A program made the position numbers and the translations under genes. A stretch of 64,000 bases of DNA, from positions 757,207 to 821,206 of the forward strand of contig NW_003314333.1 in the NCBI RefSeq assembly GCF_000143415.4, in the 5' to 3' direction. The first letter of the stretch is position 1. Every line of letters starts with the position of its first letter. The DNA is from Selaginella moellendorffii. Lineage: Eukaryota; Plantae; Lycopodiophyta. Of the stretch, positions 23,355-34,662 are shown in pieces. The notes under the pieces were generated by a model. The model was not told where the DNA came from. It worked only from the letters and a program-made list of their open reading frames with translations, and ran no database searches.

Positions 23355-25535
23355 TTACAAGTGTACAAGCAAACTCAAAGCTCTGGGATTCAATCCAAAA
23401 TCCTTTCCCGGCTGCTCCTTGTTGCTGGCCCTCACATCATCATGATTCCGACGAGCTCCAAACAACGTTGTCCACTCGAGAAAATCAGGAACAAATGGCA
23501 TGCTGCAAATGAGTTCGCGAGCGTTGCGGAGGTGACCGACCCTGCAAAGAAGATCTACCAGACAAGAGTAGTGCTGCTTGCACGGCTCCACTCCAAAATC
23601 CCCGACCATGGACAAGAAACACGATCTCCCAGCCTCCAGTTTCCCGGCCTGGCTCAGAGCGCTCAAAACCAGCACGAAGATGGTCTCACCGATCTCGTCC
23701 AGCAGCTTCATCGCATCGAAGAGAGTCATCACTTCTCCCAGTCGCGACCCATCGGCAAATCCAGCAAGAAGCGAGCTCCACGCCACAAGATTTCGATCGG
23801 GCATTCTATCGAAGATCTTCTTTGCTTGATCCAAATGCCCGTTCTGGGCATACGCTGCTGCGATCGCGGTCCAGCACACGCGATTCCTCTCCGGGAATTC
23901 GTCAAACATCGCCTTTGCCTCGTAGATCCTGCCGCTTTGCGAGAGCATTGACACAACTGTGTTCCAGGAAGCCATGTCGTGCTCGGGCATGGCTTGGTGA
24001 AAGATCTTCCGGGCCTCCTCCACAAGGCCCATCTTGGCACACGCGGATAGCACCGCGGTAAGCAGCACCAGATCCTTGGCCGGGATGGAATCAAGCAGCC
24101 ACAATGCCGACTCCAGATCGCCTCTCGCCGCATAGCCATCGATCATCGCAGTGGCCGTGACGAGATTGTGCCGCGGCATTCGATCGTAGATTGCCTTGGC
24201 CGCGCGGAGATTGGTAGCTCTTCCGCGATCCTGGGAGTTTGAGTAGAGCGCCAGCATCGATCCACAAGAGACGATGTCCCGCTCGCGCATCTCATCGAAG
24301 AAGAGACGCTCCGCTTCTTGGATCTTCCCATGCTGCGAGTAAATCGCGAGCATCGCGTTGCAGCACACGAGGCTGTGCTGTGGCAATCGATCGAACAGCG
24401 CCCTTGAGTGGCGGAGGCCATCGATCCTGCCGCCAAGAACACCCAGGATGGTGGTGATCGAGAAGGGATCTATGGCCGGCATACTCTCGAAGAGCCTCTC
24501 GGCCTCCTCAATATGCCTAAGGCGGGCATACGCGAAAAGCATAGCGTTCCATGTCACAATGTTTGTCTCTGGCAGCCCATCGAAAACTCTTTTTGCGTCT
24601 TCAAGCTTGCCAGCCACGGTATATGCCGTGAGCATTGCGTTCCAGGTGACGAGATTCCTGTGCTCCATGGCCAAGAATATTTCTTTCGCGTCCTCTATAT
24701 GCCCAGATTGGGCATATGCTGTTAGTAGTGTGGTTTCAGAGATTACATCCTTTTCGGGTATCTTTTCCAGAATGGATTTTACATTTTCAAGGTTACCAGC
24801 TTGTATGTGTCCAAAGAGATATGTATTCCAAGAAATGAGATTTAAAAGGGGCATCTCTAGAAAGAATGACACTGCTTTATCAAAATGCCCACTTTGGGCA
24901 TATGCTGAAAGCATGGCATTCCACGTAACGAGGTTTCTTTCGGGCATCTTGTCAAACAAAATTTCAGCGTCTTCAACTTTACTGGCTTGTGCTAATGCCG
25001 ATAGCATTGCCGTGCAAGATACCACGCTGTGTTGTGGCATCGCTAAGAAGATTCGCTTTGATTTATCAAGGTGACCATTTCTGGCATTTGCAAAGAACAT
25101 TGTGTTCCACGAGACAGCGTTTCGGTGCTTCATGGAGGTAAATATCTCTTGCGCTCGATCGAGAAAGCCATTGTCTGCATACGCGGCAAGGATTGTGTTC
25201 CAGGACAAAATGCTGTGCTCCGGCATCGCGTCAAAGATTTGCCTGGCTTGGTCCAAATCTCCGTTGCGCGAGTAGGCCGAAAGCATCAGCTTCCAGGACG
25301 AGCAGTTCTTCCCGGCCAATCCATCAAATACTCGCCGCGCGCTCCTGGCGCTCCCAAATCGCCCATACATCTCGATCAATCTGTTGGAAATCGCAATCGC
25401 CTCCTCCTCTTTCTCCTCCATTTCCAAGAGGCCCTGAATTCTTCTGTGGGCGCTCTCGAGCATAGTGAGCGAGCTACAGGATTGGATGAGATGGAGCGCA
25501 TCGTTCCCGGTCACGAGGAAGAAGAAGCAAACCAT
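23355..25535 (-). CDS. PLS-class PPR protein made mostly of 31-aa short motifs, ending in a truncated E domain (organellar RNA-editing type)
   Basis: Repeats such as IFDAMPEHSILSWNTILAAYADNGFL; C-terminal QHYSCLVDLLCRVGHLRNARELICSMPFVPD; no DYW. First ATG is 25535; the true start is uncertain. Confidence 0.88.
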   Translation of the reverse strand: MVCFFFLVTGNDALHLIQSCSSLTMLESAHRRIQGLLEMEEKEEEAIAISNRLIEMYGRFGSARSARRVFDGLAGKNCSSWKLMLSAYSRNGDLDQARQIFDAMPEHSILSWNTILAAYADNGFLDRAQEIFTSMKHRNAVSWNTMFFANARNGHLDKSKRIFLAMPQHSVVSCTAMLSALAQASKVEDAEILFDKMPERNLVTWNAMLSAYAQSGHFDKAVSFFLEMPLLNLISWNTYLFGHIQAGNLENVKSILEKIPEKDVISETTLLTAYAQSGHIEDAKEIFLAMEHRNLVTWNAMLTAYTVAGKLEDAKRVFDGLPETNIVTWNAMLFAYARLRHIEEAERLFESMPAIDPFSITTILGVLGGRIDGLRHSRALFDRLPQHSLVCCNAMLAIYSQHGKIQEAERLFFDEMRERDIVSCGSMLALYSNSQDRGRATNLRAAKAIYDRMPRHNLVTATAMIDGYAARGDLESALWLLDSIPAKDLVLLTAVLSACAKMGLVEEARKIFHQAMPEHDMASWNTVVSMLSQSGRIYEAKAMFDEFPERNRVCWTAIAAAYAQNGHLDQAKKIFDRMPDRNLVAWSSLLAGFADGSRLGEVMTLFDAMKLLDEIGETIFVLVLSALSQAGKLEAGRSCFLSMVGDFGVEPCKQHYSCLVDLLCRVGHLRNARELICSMPFVPDFLEWTTLFGARRNHDDVRASNKEQPGKDFGLNPRALSLLVHL

Positions 25536-25587
25536 AAAAGATTCTTTATTCAGAAAGGAATATTCTTTGTCAGATACAATAAGAGCC

Positions 25588-27003
25588 CTAATTCCCAGCA
25601 CTTTTGAAACTCTGTGCCCAGCGTCTTGCCTCCACTAGGGAAGATCGCATTGCTCGATCGGCAGCCTTCGGGATATCGCGAGCTCGTCTCCTCATCTCGC
25701 GCCCTTCTTCGGCGATCATCACAGTGGCGATGGCGTCGGATATTTCGGATCGAGTGACAAACCTGGTGCTGGCATCTGGATTGCGAGAGATGATCCTGGC
25801 GCCGACCTTCCACACATCCACCAGGTACTTTGCATTGACGCTTTGCTCCGCGATAGATGGCCAGCCGACCAGTGGAACTCCACAGCTCAAGCTCTCCAGG
25901 ATGGAGTTCCAGCCGCAGTGCGTGACGAATCCACCAATCGAGGGATGCTTGAGAATCTGGAGCTGCGAGCACCAAGGAACGACCATACCTCTCGCAGAAG
26001 TTCTTCGCTGGAACTCCTCGCTCAAGCTCGGCTGCTGGGATCGACGCAAAGCCCACAAGAAGAAGAGATTTTGGTCGAGTTCTTCCAGTGCGCTGGCGAG
26101 TTCCTGGAGCTGCTCTGCTGAGTGCTCTGCCACCGTTCCAAAGCAGATGTAAAGGACCGAGAGGGGTGGCTTCTCGTGCAGCCAGGAAAGGATTGGAAGA
26201 TCATCCGGAGCTACCGGATCATCCATTGGCAGCAAAGGACCGAGTGTGACCAGCTTCACTCCGAGTTGGCGGATGCAAGCAAGAGACTGAGAGTCCAGCT
26301 CCGGGATCGTGTTCACGATCACCCCTGGTGCCTCGATCAGGTACTGTGCCAGCTCTAGCGTCCTTTCAAGTTGCTGATCTCTTGGCTTGAGCATGCTCGT
26401 TGGAACGTCCATGTAGTTACACAGAGCTGGAACTCCGGTGAGGCCCGAGACAGTGGAGAGAGCATTGGAAGGCGTGAGAGGGGCATAGCCGCCGTCCACG
26501 AAAGCTTTCACTTGGAGACAGAGAAGTAGCCAAGGCGGAGATGGCGTCCAAAACAAAGCCACGGAAGCCTTGTGCTTGTCAGCCACGTCCCTGAGGTGGA
26601 GAGCGAAGAAGTCGAGGATCACGCAGGAGATCTGGCCGTGGCGGCTAACGGACGACTCGACTATTTGATCTACGGTACCGTGCTGCGCGCTCATCCATCG
26701 CAAAACGGCCCAGAGTCCTTCCTCACCGCCTTGCTCGAGCTCGACGCTGTCTTCATCGGGAATGAACTCAAAGCTAAGCCTGCCACGCACCGTTTCGGCG
26801 TCATCGATGTGGGAGAGGCTCGAGTCGAATGCCGAGAGCGTGGCAGCCTGTGTTCTTCCGCTGGCGATGAAGGTAACTTTGTTTCCCAGTGATGCGAGCT
26901 GGAGTGACAATCGAAGCATTGGGGATATGTGGCCATAGAGCGGCAGGGGAACCACAACCAAGTGTGGAGAAGCCATGGAAGCTTGCTGATGTTTCTTCGA
27001 CAT
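25588..27003 (-). CDS. UDP-glycosyltransferase (GT1), intronless (UGT-B)
   Basis: PHLVVVPLPLYGHISPM; PSPG box [44 protein letters not shown]. Start is 27003 or 26976. Confidence 0.95.
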   Translation of the reverse strand: MSKKHQQASMASPHLVVVPLPLYGHISPMLRLSLQLASLGNKVTFIASGRTQAATLSAFDSSLSHIDDAETVRGRLSFEFIPDEDSVELEQGGEEGLWAVLRWMSAQHGTVDQIVESSVSRHGQISCVILDFFALHLRDVADKHKASVALFWTPSPPWLLLCLQVKAFVDGGYAPLTPSNALSTVSGLTGVPALCNYMDVPTSMLKPRDQQLERTLELAQYLIEAPGVIVNTIPELDSQSLACIRQLGVKLVTLGPLLPMDDPVAPDDLPILSWLHEKPPLSVLYICFGTVAEHSAEQLQELASALEELDQNLFFLWALRRSQQPSLSEEFQRRTSARGMVVPWCSQLQILKHPSIGGFVTHCGWNSILESLSCGVPLVGWPSIAEQSVNAKYLVDVWKVGARIISRNPDASTRFVTRSEISDAIATVMIAEEGREMRRRARDIPKAADRAMRSSLVEARRWAQSFKSAGN

Positions 27004-27129
27004 GCTTTTGCCGCCGCCCTAGGACTAGAACAGAAGTGCTGCACGGCTGAGGTGTGATCGATGTCGACCAAAAGTTTGTCAAACAGCTATACAAGCGGGC
27101 CATGCAAAACGACAGGGAACCATTCTTTG

Positions 27130-27208
27130 CCACGAATTTTTTCTAGACTTGTCTTCTACTGAAGTTTCTTCTGGTTGCAACAGTTCCACGAGTGATGACT
27201 GCATGGCA
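27130..27208 (-). pseudogene. Remnant of the UGT-A 3' end
   Basis: Reverse complement gccatgcagtc...gaact...cttcagtagaagacaagtcta...ttcgtggc aligns to 16185-16281. Confidence 0.65.
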
Positions 27209-28243
27209 TCAAAGCAACAAGATTATACTCTAAATCCCCTTAGAAAAAATATAGCCACTTTATCCAAATGACCTTTGAATTGCCTCAAGATGGAAACAAC
27301 ACTGTGTTCCAAGAGACATGGAGCTAAATATTTCTGGCAGTCGATTGGGCGAAAATTTGCCTGGCGAAAATTTGAGTTGGGCTTTTGGCGCTCTGTGATG
27401 AATATTCTCAATTCAAATGTTTGGATTAAAAGGTTTGACTGTGACGGTGCGCCGGCGGAGGCTTCATAGATTGGAAAGATTCCCACGCGAATCTTTCCGA
27501 TTAGCGTTGCTATCGACCGAATCGAGCCCGAGACCTCTCACCAGCCAGCGACGCCGACAGCTCTTCTCCTCGTTATATTCGTACTCAGCTACGCACGCAA
27601 GCAAACAGCGTATGTATACACGTATGGAATGGAAGAAGCGAACAGAAAGAACGCATTTAATGTCAAAGAGACGCCGTCCCAGTAAAAGGTTAAAAGGTCT
27701 TCGTTTTTACTAATTTATTTGCGAATATTGGTGCGCATGAAGAGAAAGAACGAGGGCTTAGCTAATGAAAGAAGGAATGATGAACACATTCCAGGCGCTG
27801 GCGCTGGCCGGAAGGAGCTAGGTCGATTCGATCGCTAGGGCGCATTCATTGCGCGGCACAGGTTTGTGAAGCCAAATCTCGTGGTATCGTTGCGCTCCAG
27901 GCAAGCAGGCGGCTCCATCGGCATGGGATCGCGATGATCTTTGCTTGTTTCGATGGAATCCCGAGCGCGGGCACGTATTTCGAGCGCTCCAGGCCGGAAT
28001 CCCTCCTCTTTTGGGATCGCAATGCGGGTATCCAGCTGCGAGCTCTGGAAATATTGAAAGGCTGGGCAGTGATTCTGTTCTTCCGGGAAGAAGGAAGGGG
28101 CGAGCTCGCCGAGCCAAGACAATGGCGTTAGTTAGGTGGATGTAACTGCTGCCTAGTTCCGGAATGCGGCGCGCAACAAGAATCGAGAGCTCTCGTCGTG
28201 ATCATCCAGGCGCTCGGCTCCAAGCTGGATTGATTATAAGGGG

Positions 28244-30746
28244 ATGGAATCGCCAGAGTTTCAGTTCGACGTTTTCTCCGCGAATGATCATCACTTCTCG
28301 CTGCGCGATAGCGTTTCTTTCGTCGATGGCAATGCTGCTAGTGCTGCTGCGGCTTCGAGACGACACTCGCGATCTATGAGGTATGGCTTTCTCGCGACAC
28401 TGGTTGGTAACTTTGGAAAAGCTGATGCTCGTGAGCTGGAGCAGTGCGCCAGTGTATCAACGCCCGTCTGGTGGTTGGGGGGAGGCTTTTCAATACAAAG
28501 AGGTGAGCAACGCCGATACACTCTCACTCTCATCGCTAGTTCCCTCTTCTCTTCCAAACACTTTTTTTCCAGGTCTTTATGCCGGATAAAACAAGAGGGT
28601 GGAGCTACATGCTGAAAAGGAGCGATGTTGACACGAGAATTAGCCAGCGAGCGAGCTTAGAGAAGGACGTAAGTAGCGATGGTTTAAGAAAGAAGTTCTA
28701 TTTCACTTACGTGATCCATCAATTGGTGCTTTTAATTCCGCAGGTTCATGAGCTCCAGCTACAGCTTGAGATTGAGAAAACTGTACGAAAGGTGCTGGAG
28801 AAGGCCTTAACATCGCCCTGCTGTGAGCCACTATCGTCTGGAGTTTTAAGTCCTCAGGTGAGTGGAGTGGTGCATTAAACTGTACTATATTTCTGTTTTT
28901 TCAAACTGGTCCTTTGTCCGCCTGGCAGATCACGGAGCTCATCAAAGAGATTTCAAGTCTCGAGTCAGAAGTGGTTCACTTGGAGAAGCACGTACTCTCA
29001 CTGTACCGGAAAGTGTTCGACAGCAAAGGGACTCCACAAGATGCCGGCGTTCCAATGCGTCTGCTGTCGTCGAGCGACCATCAACATAACGTCAGCGTCC
29101 GACACAGGCCAAGGAGAGCTTATTCTTTCCAGCATAGACGACATGCTTCCCAGGGCTGCCAATCTCTACAAGATGCTGCCTCATATGCGCATTCGAAAAC
29201 AAGGCATGCGTCGCTCCTTGGCGGGAAGTTCCGCATTGCGGAGGAGCAGGAAAACGTAAGCAATGCGTTTCAAAGCCTTTCTTTACCTTTTTTGCTCTTT
29301 ATCTTGGCCAGGAAACTCGGGTGTATTCTTCCGAATTTGATGTTCCGAGTCCGCGGGGCTGGGCCTTGGCGTGTGATACTCATACGGTAAAAGCCGTTTC
29401 GCTGTATCATCTCTGCAATTTCTGGCTTTACGTGTGCAGCCGCTGCAAGGCGCAGCACCAGATCGCAACTTAACGGAATTCTACGATTCTCCGAACAAAC
29501 TGTCGGAACGAATGGTGCGCTGTATGGCTGCCATTTACTGTAAACTAGCTGATCCGCCGCTGCCATCCACTGGAGATGCATTATCTCCACCTTCTTCATC
29601 GTCAATGTCGTCAACGGGCACTTCTCGTGATGTATCCAGCGAAGGATGGAGTCCGCTGTCCAAAGAATCGGCGACTTGTTCAACGAGTATGATCGAAGTC
29701 CCCTGGATTCGCGTGGACAAGGAGCGTTTGACTTACGCAGCACAGGCCTTGCGGAATTTCAGGTGAGCGGTTTTAATTATGGTGTTTCGTTGCTGCTGGC
29801 TGACATACCGGCCGACAGATCAATGGTCGAGCAGCTTGAGAGCGTTCACCCGGGTGAAATGAAGCATGACGAAAAGCTGGCGTTTTGGATAAATATCCAT
29901 AACGCGCTGGTGATGCACGTACGAGAATCTCTTCTGATTTAACTCACCTGATCAAGATTCTCGCTCCTACTAACGTGCGGAGATGACGTCTCTTGCAGGC
30001 ATACTTGGCATATGGAATCCCGCGCAGTAATCTTAAAAGGGCTTCTCTTTTGCAAAAGGTACATCCACCAGGCCATACCAGCTTCTTGCTTAGAAATTGC
30101 GTTCGTGTTCCCCATGTTTCAGGCTGCGTATAAAGTAGGTTCATATTCTATAAACGCGTGTACCATAGAGAATTCGATTCTTGGCTGCCGCTCTCAACGT
30201 CCAGCTCAGGTTCTTGCCATCGCACTTGCAACTTGACGGAATTATATTCCTTCTGTGCAGTGGCTTCAAACGCTTTTCGGACCCCTCACCAAGTTCAAAT
30301 CGGAAGAACGTCGAGCTTATGCACTAAACACGCCAGAGCCACTGATCTGTTTTGCGCTGTGCTCCGGAGGACGCTCCGATCCGGCGGTACTTTCCCCGTT
30401 TACTTGCGTGTATCTGGCTCACATTTTGTTCCAGGTGCGAGCTTACACTCCAAAGTCTGTCAAGACAGAGCTCGAGTCAGCCAAGAGAGACTTTCTACTC
30501 GCAAACATCAGCACCAAAAACAGCAAAGTCCTGGCGCCAAAGCTGGTCGAGGCATATGCGCGCGACGCCGGGCTCTCCTCGAGCAAGCTCCTGGATTGGA
30601 TCATCCGCAACGCATCTGACAAGCAGGCGAGGAACTTTCGGCATGGAAAGTCGACGGGGCAGCGGCAGCGACACCTGGAATGGATCCCTTACGACTTTAA
30701 CTTCGGCTACGTGTTTGTGAGGGAGCTGGCGACGACGACGAGATAA
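28244..30746 (+). CDS. DUF547 protein with N-terminal leucine zipper (MIP1-like), multi-exon
   Basis: QRASLEKD|VHELQLQLEIEK...ELIKEISSLESEVVHLEKHVLSLYRKVF; PNKLSERMVRCMAAIYCKL; EKLAFWINIHNALVMH; PEPLICFALCSGGRSDPAVR; EWIPYDFNFGY. Confidence 0.9.
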
Positions 30747-31067
30747 GTGGTTTTCTTCTCCGAGTGAGTTCTTCACAGCATATTTATTGGTTCTAACTCT
30801 GTGTATATTAACACCCCAAAGCGAAGTTTACAGCTTGAAAGAAAAAGAGACGCAACACGGGGTGGTATTCACTTTTAAAGAAGCTTCTTCCGCGACAAGA
30901 GCGTGAGCCAGCCAAACCATAGGTGCGCGAACGGAAAGCGTGCACACACGACTCTCACAACAGCGTTGCTCAGCTCAGCCACAAAAACCAATGACGACGA
31001 CGACGACGACGACGACTTTTCCTCCCCTCGATCGAGATTCGACAAGCCGGAAGCTATGTACAGCTTA

Positions 31068-32159
31068 CTAGGAAGCAGCGGAGGTGGGCGGGGACTTATG
31101 ATGATGGTGATCGGGCGTGACATCCTTGGCAGCAGTACCGCCAACCAGCCACTTCAAGCTCCGCCTCGCAAATCCAGAGACCGATGCTCCTCGGTTTGCC
31201 GCGGACGACTCGCCGCCGCCACTCCAGAGATTGCCGGAGCCAACCGAGACGGACCTCCGCAAAACATCCGGGCTGCGAGCAGCCGGCAACGAGTCGGGCT
31301 CGTCGAGTGGAGCAAGCCCGGCAAAGCTGTTTGAGTGGTGGATCACAACCTGAGGAGGAGCAAGTCCCCGCTGGCTCCTGGCTCGCATTTTCTCCCGGAT
31401 CTCCATCAGCTCCAGGTCGTGCACCGCCATCTTAAACGACTCCGAGTGCCGCGAGAGTGTCCTCACCGCCTGGCCTTGGTCGTGCCGCCGGCTGGCATCC
31501 AGCGCCTCGTCGGGCTGGTGATCTTCACGAAGAACCGGGCGCTCGGGATCCGCCGCCACCGTCACCACCACCTCCACCTCCACCTCCGCTGCTGCGTCCC
31601 GCCGCCCCTCAGCGATGGAGTTGGAGTTTGGATCCCGGCGGAAGGAGCCGACCACTGCCGAGAGAGCGCGCTGCAGGTGCCCGGACACGGCATTTTGGTC
31701 GAGGTTGCGGCGACAGAGCGGGCAAGTGGAGTGGGTCTCGAGCCACATATCGATGCAATCGGCGTGGAAGAGGTGGCCGCAATCGGGGAGGAGGCGGACT
31801 TGCTCGTTCTCCTCGAACTGGAGCAGGCACACTGTACACTCGGGGCCGGCCTTCCCCTTCTTGCTGGATTTGATGGACGAGTATCTCAAGATGGGCAGCT
31901 TCTCCAGCGATTCGGGATCCAGGCCGCGGTGCCGCTGCTGCTGCTGCTGCTGGCCTTGCTGCTGCTGCGCGTTGGGGCCGGCGTTCCAGCCGGTGGCATT
32001 CACCATGTTGCAGCGGCGGATGTAGAGCACGAAGAGGGCCATGAAGAAGAAGGTGGTGACGAGCACCACGACGATGATCGCCATGCTCGCGTTGAATTTG
32101 TAGGTGAGATCGCTCGGGTAGAACATCCCGCCGGGGCCGCTGGGTGGGCTCGACGACAT
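31068..32159 (-). CDS. ATL-family RING-H2 E3 ubiquitin ligase
   Basis: N-terminal TM, GLD motif (RGLDPESLEKLP), RING-H2 CTVCL...[26 protein letters not shown]; intronless. Confidence 0.93.
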   Translation of the reverse strand: MSSSPPSGPGGMFYPSDLTYKFNASMAIIVVVLVTTFFFMALFVLYIRRCNMVNATGWNAGPNAQQQQGQQQQQQRHRGLDPESLEKLPILRYSSIKSSKKGKAGPECTVCLLQFEENEQVRLLPDCGHLFHADCIDMWLETHSTCPLCRRNLDQNAVSGHLQRALSAVVGSFRRDPNSNSIAEGRRDAAAEVEVEVVVTVAADPERPVLREDHQPDEALDASRRHDQGQAVRTLSRHSESFKMAVHDLELMEIREKMRARSQRGLAPPQVVIHHSNSFAGLAPLDEPDSLPAARSPDVLRRSVSVGSGNLWSGGGESSAANRGASVSGFARRSLKWLVGGTAAKDVTPDHHHHKSPPTSAAS

Positions 32160-32670
32160 TGTAGCTGCTCGCGAAATATCGCCCAAATCGATAGATGACG
32201 ATGGGAAGGATCTAGATCGAATCGCGGAAAGAGGAAGAAATCCCTCTCGGGCTGATGGATATCGATCTTAAATAGCCAGACCTTGGTCCTGCCGCTGTTC
32301 ACACGCAGATTTCCGCGATCGCTCGTCCCTTTGTCGTTGCTGCTGGCCTCTCGGCGCGTCCTCGTTACGATCCAAGAGATAGAACCGGAAAAGAGAACGC
32401 GGACACCGCTGTTCTCATCGCACGGCTTTCTAGCCTATCCCTCACTAGCCACGCCAGACAGAGATCCACAACACGCCAAGCCGAGCGCTCCATCGCGCCC
32501 TCTCTCCTCTCTCTCCTCTCGCCCTCTCTCCTCTCTCCTCTCGCCCTCTCGCCCTACCCTAATTTCTCCCCCTGGAAGAAGAAGTATCGCAGTCGCCAGG
32601 CATTGGAGAGAGGCTTTGTTGCCAAAGTCGTATCCGGCAGCTCTGTGCTGGTTGACAAAATTTTCCCACT

Positions 32671-32680
32671 GCCACGTGGC
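32671..32680. promoter_or_regulatory. Perfect G-box palindrome GCCACGTGGC in the promoter shared by the ATL pair
   Basis: Exact 10-bp palindrome roughly midway between the two divergent start codons. Confidence 0.45.
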
Positions 32681-33254
32681 CAACACTGGGCCACTTGAAA
32701 AAAATTTCTAGTAAGGGAATTTTATTTCTTACATTACGTAGGCGGCCATCTAGATTTTACACTTACCATGGCGGCCTTCTAGATGCTCCCAGACCATAGC
32801 ACAAGCATTGTATTCCGGCGCTACTACAGTAAAACGCCAGAAGAATATTCGCAAGAATCTTTCCGACACAAGGAGATCGATCCAACGGCTACGATTTGCG
32901 TGCGTTTGAAATAATCTTTAAACAAAATAGAAAGATTATCTCCGACGAAGAGGATGAGATGAGCGTCCCTTCCCTTTCAAAGAGGTAGGGCTGCCTTTCC
33001 GTGATATGAATCTTTGGCCTCTCTCTCTCCCAAAAGAAATCTCTCTTTCCTTTGCGCGCCTCGCAGATCCATCCACCAGCATTTCCTCCATCATCGATCG
33101 GCGCCTGCATTTCGACTCCTCTTCTCGATCAATGATCTCTGGTGGTGAGCAGCAGCTCGCAATTCCCTCTTCTTGGCGTGGCTATGGCGGATTTTCACGA
33201 GCGGTGATTTGATCGGCCGAAATATCGACTCGAACTTCTTCCTTGGAGGGAGCT

Positions 33255-34349
33255 ATGGCGGCTCCTCCATCGGCATCGCCGCTCACATACCCCTACAGCC
33301 TGAATTTCCAGTCGAGCACCAGCGTCGCGATCATCATCGTCGTCCTCGGCGCCACATTCTTCTTCATGTTCTTGTTCGTCATCTACATCAAGCGATGCAA
33401 CACGGAGCGATTCGACCAGGGCGATGGGATGATGGCGCTCTCCAATCCACGGCACGATGGCGGCGGCGGCGGCGATGGCTGGAATCACCACCACCAGCAG
33501 CCGCGCATCCACGGCCTGGACCCCGAGGTTCTCCAGAAATTCCCAATCTTACAGTTCTCTCTGGATCGCAGCGACAGCAAGAACAAGAACAGCGCAAGCG
33601 CTACCACCAAGAAGGGCAAGATCATCGATGGCCCGGTGGAATGCGCGGTGTGCTTGGGGAATTTCGAGGAGGGCGAGCTCTTGCGGATCTTGCCCGCTTG
33701 CGGCCATCTCTTCCACCCGGATTGCATCGATGCGTGGCTCCACACGCACTCCACTTGCCCGCTGTGCCGGCGAAGCCTCAGCCGCGATGCCGTGTCTGGG
33801 CATTTGCTGCAAAGAGCGCTCGCCGCGATCGCATCGCTCAGGAGCTCTGCCAATGCGGCCGCTGCCAACGAGGGGGACTCCTCCCCGGAGAATTCCACCA
33901 TCTCTCCTCCAGTTCTTCCCACCCCTAGCGAGGATTTGGATCTGGAATCCCAGCAAGAGCTCGAGCAGGGACGGATCCTCCGCGCGCTCTCGCGCAATTC
34001 CGAGTCGTTCAAGGCGGCAGCACAGAGCTTGGAGATCCAGGAGAGGCTACTCGCGGCGGTGGCGGCGACGAGCTCCTCGTCTGGAAGGTACAATCTCTCA
34101 TCCAGCTCCAATCCGGGCTCCGCGAGGCTGGAATTCCTCTCCCCGGGGAGATTGAGGAGCCTCTCTCACACCGCGGCAATGTCGCCCATCGCGTGTGGGC
34201 GAATGCCCCACTCCCAGAGCTTGACCAATCTCGTCGCCAGTGGGCAATCGCCCGGATGCTCGCAGTGCCAGCAGCCGGATGAGCCGCAATCGCAGCAATC
34301 GCGCTTCTCCCTGCGGAGATCCGTGTCAGCGTCCGGCCGGCGGCCATAA
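33255..34349 (+). CDS. ATL-family RING-H2 E3 ubiquitin ligase (divergent paralog)
   Basis: [19 protein letters not shown]...[26 protein letters not shown]. Shares AVSGHL..RAL and LSRxSESFK with 31068-32159. Confidence 0.93.
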   Translation: MAAPPSASPLTYPYSLNFQSSTSVAIIIVVLGATFFFMFLFVIYIKRCNTERFDQGDGMMALSNPRHDGGGGGDGWNHHHQQPRIHGLDPEVLQKFPILQFSLDRSDSKNKNSASATTKKGKIIDGPVECAVCLGNFEEGELLRILPACGHLFHPDCIDAWLHTHSTCPLCRRSLSRDAVSGHLLQRALAAIASLRSSANAAAANEGDSSPENSTISPPVLPTPSEDLDLESQQELEQGRILRALSRNSESFKAAAQSLEIQERLLAAVAATSSSSGRYNLSSSSNPGSARLEFLSPGRLRSLSHTAAMSPIACGRMPHSQSLTNLVASGQSPGCSQCQQPDEPQSQQSRFSLRRSVSASGRRP

Positions 34350-34662
34350 GAGCCCTAAAAAACAGAGGAGTGCTCCTCGGGACTGGTGATTGAATGGATC
34401 CCCCCACCAAACCCGAGCGCGACTGGACGGATCAAAGATTGGATTGATTGCGTGCTGCAGCTGCGATGCGATCGATCCATCCGAGCAGTAAAAGGTCGGC
34501 ATCAAATGGGAGAACAGGGGAAAAAGGAGATGCGAGTGCCCTAGATGACGTTCCTTCTGCCCTAGCGGCGGGGGAATGGATATTCCGCTAGGCGAGAGAC
34601 AGTTTGTGTTGTCCTAGACCTAGGAAAGGAGAGGAGCTCTGGCGGCGAGTGATCAACTCGGC

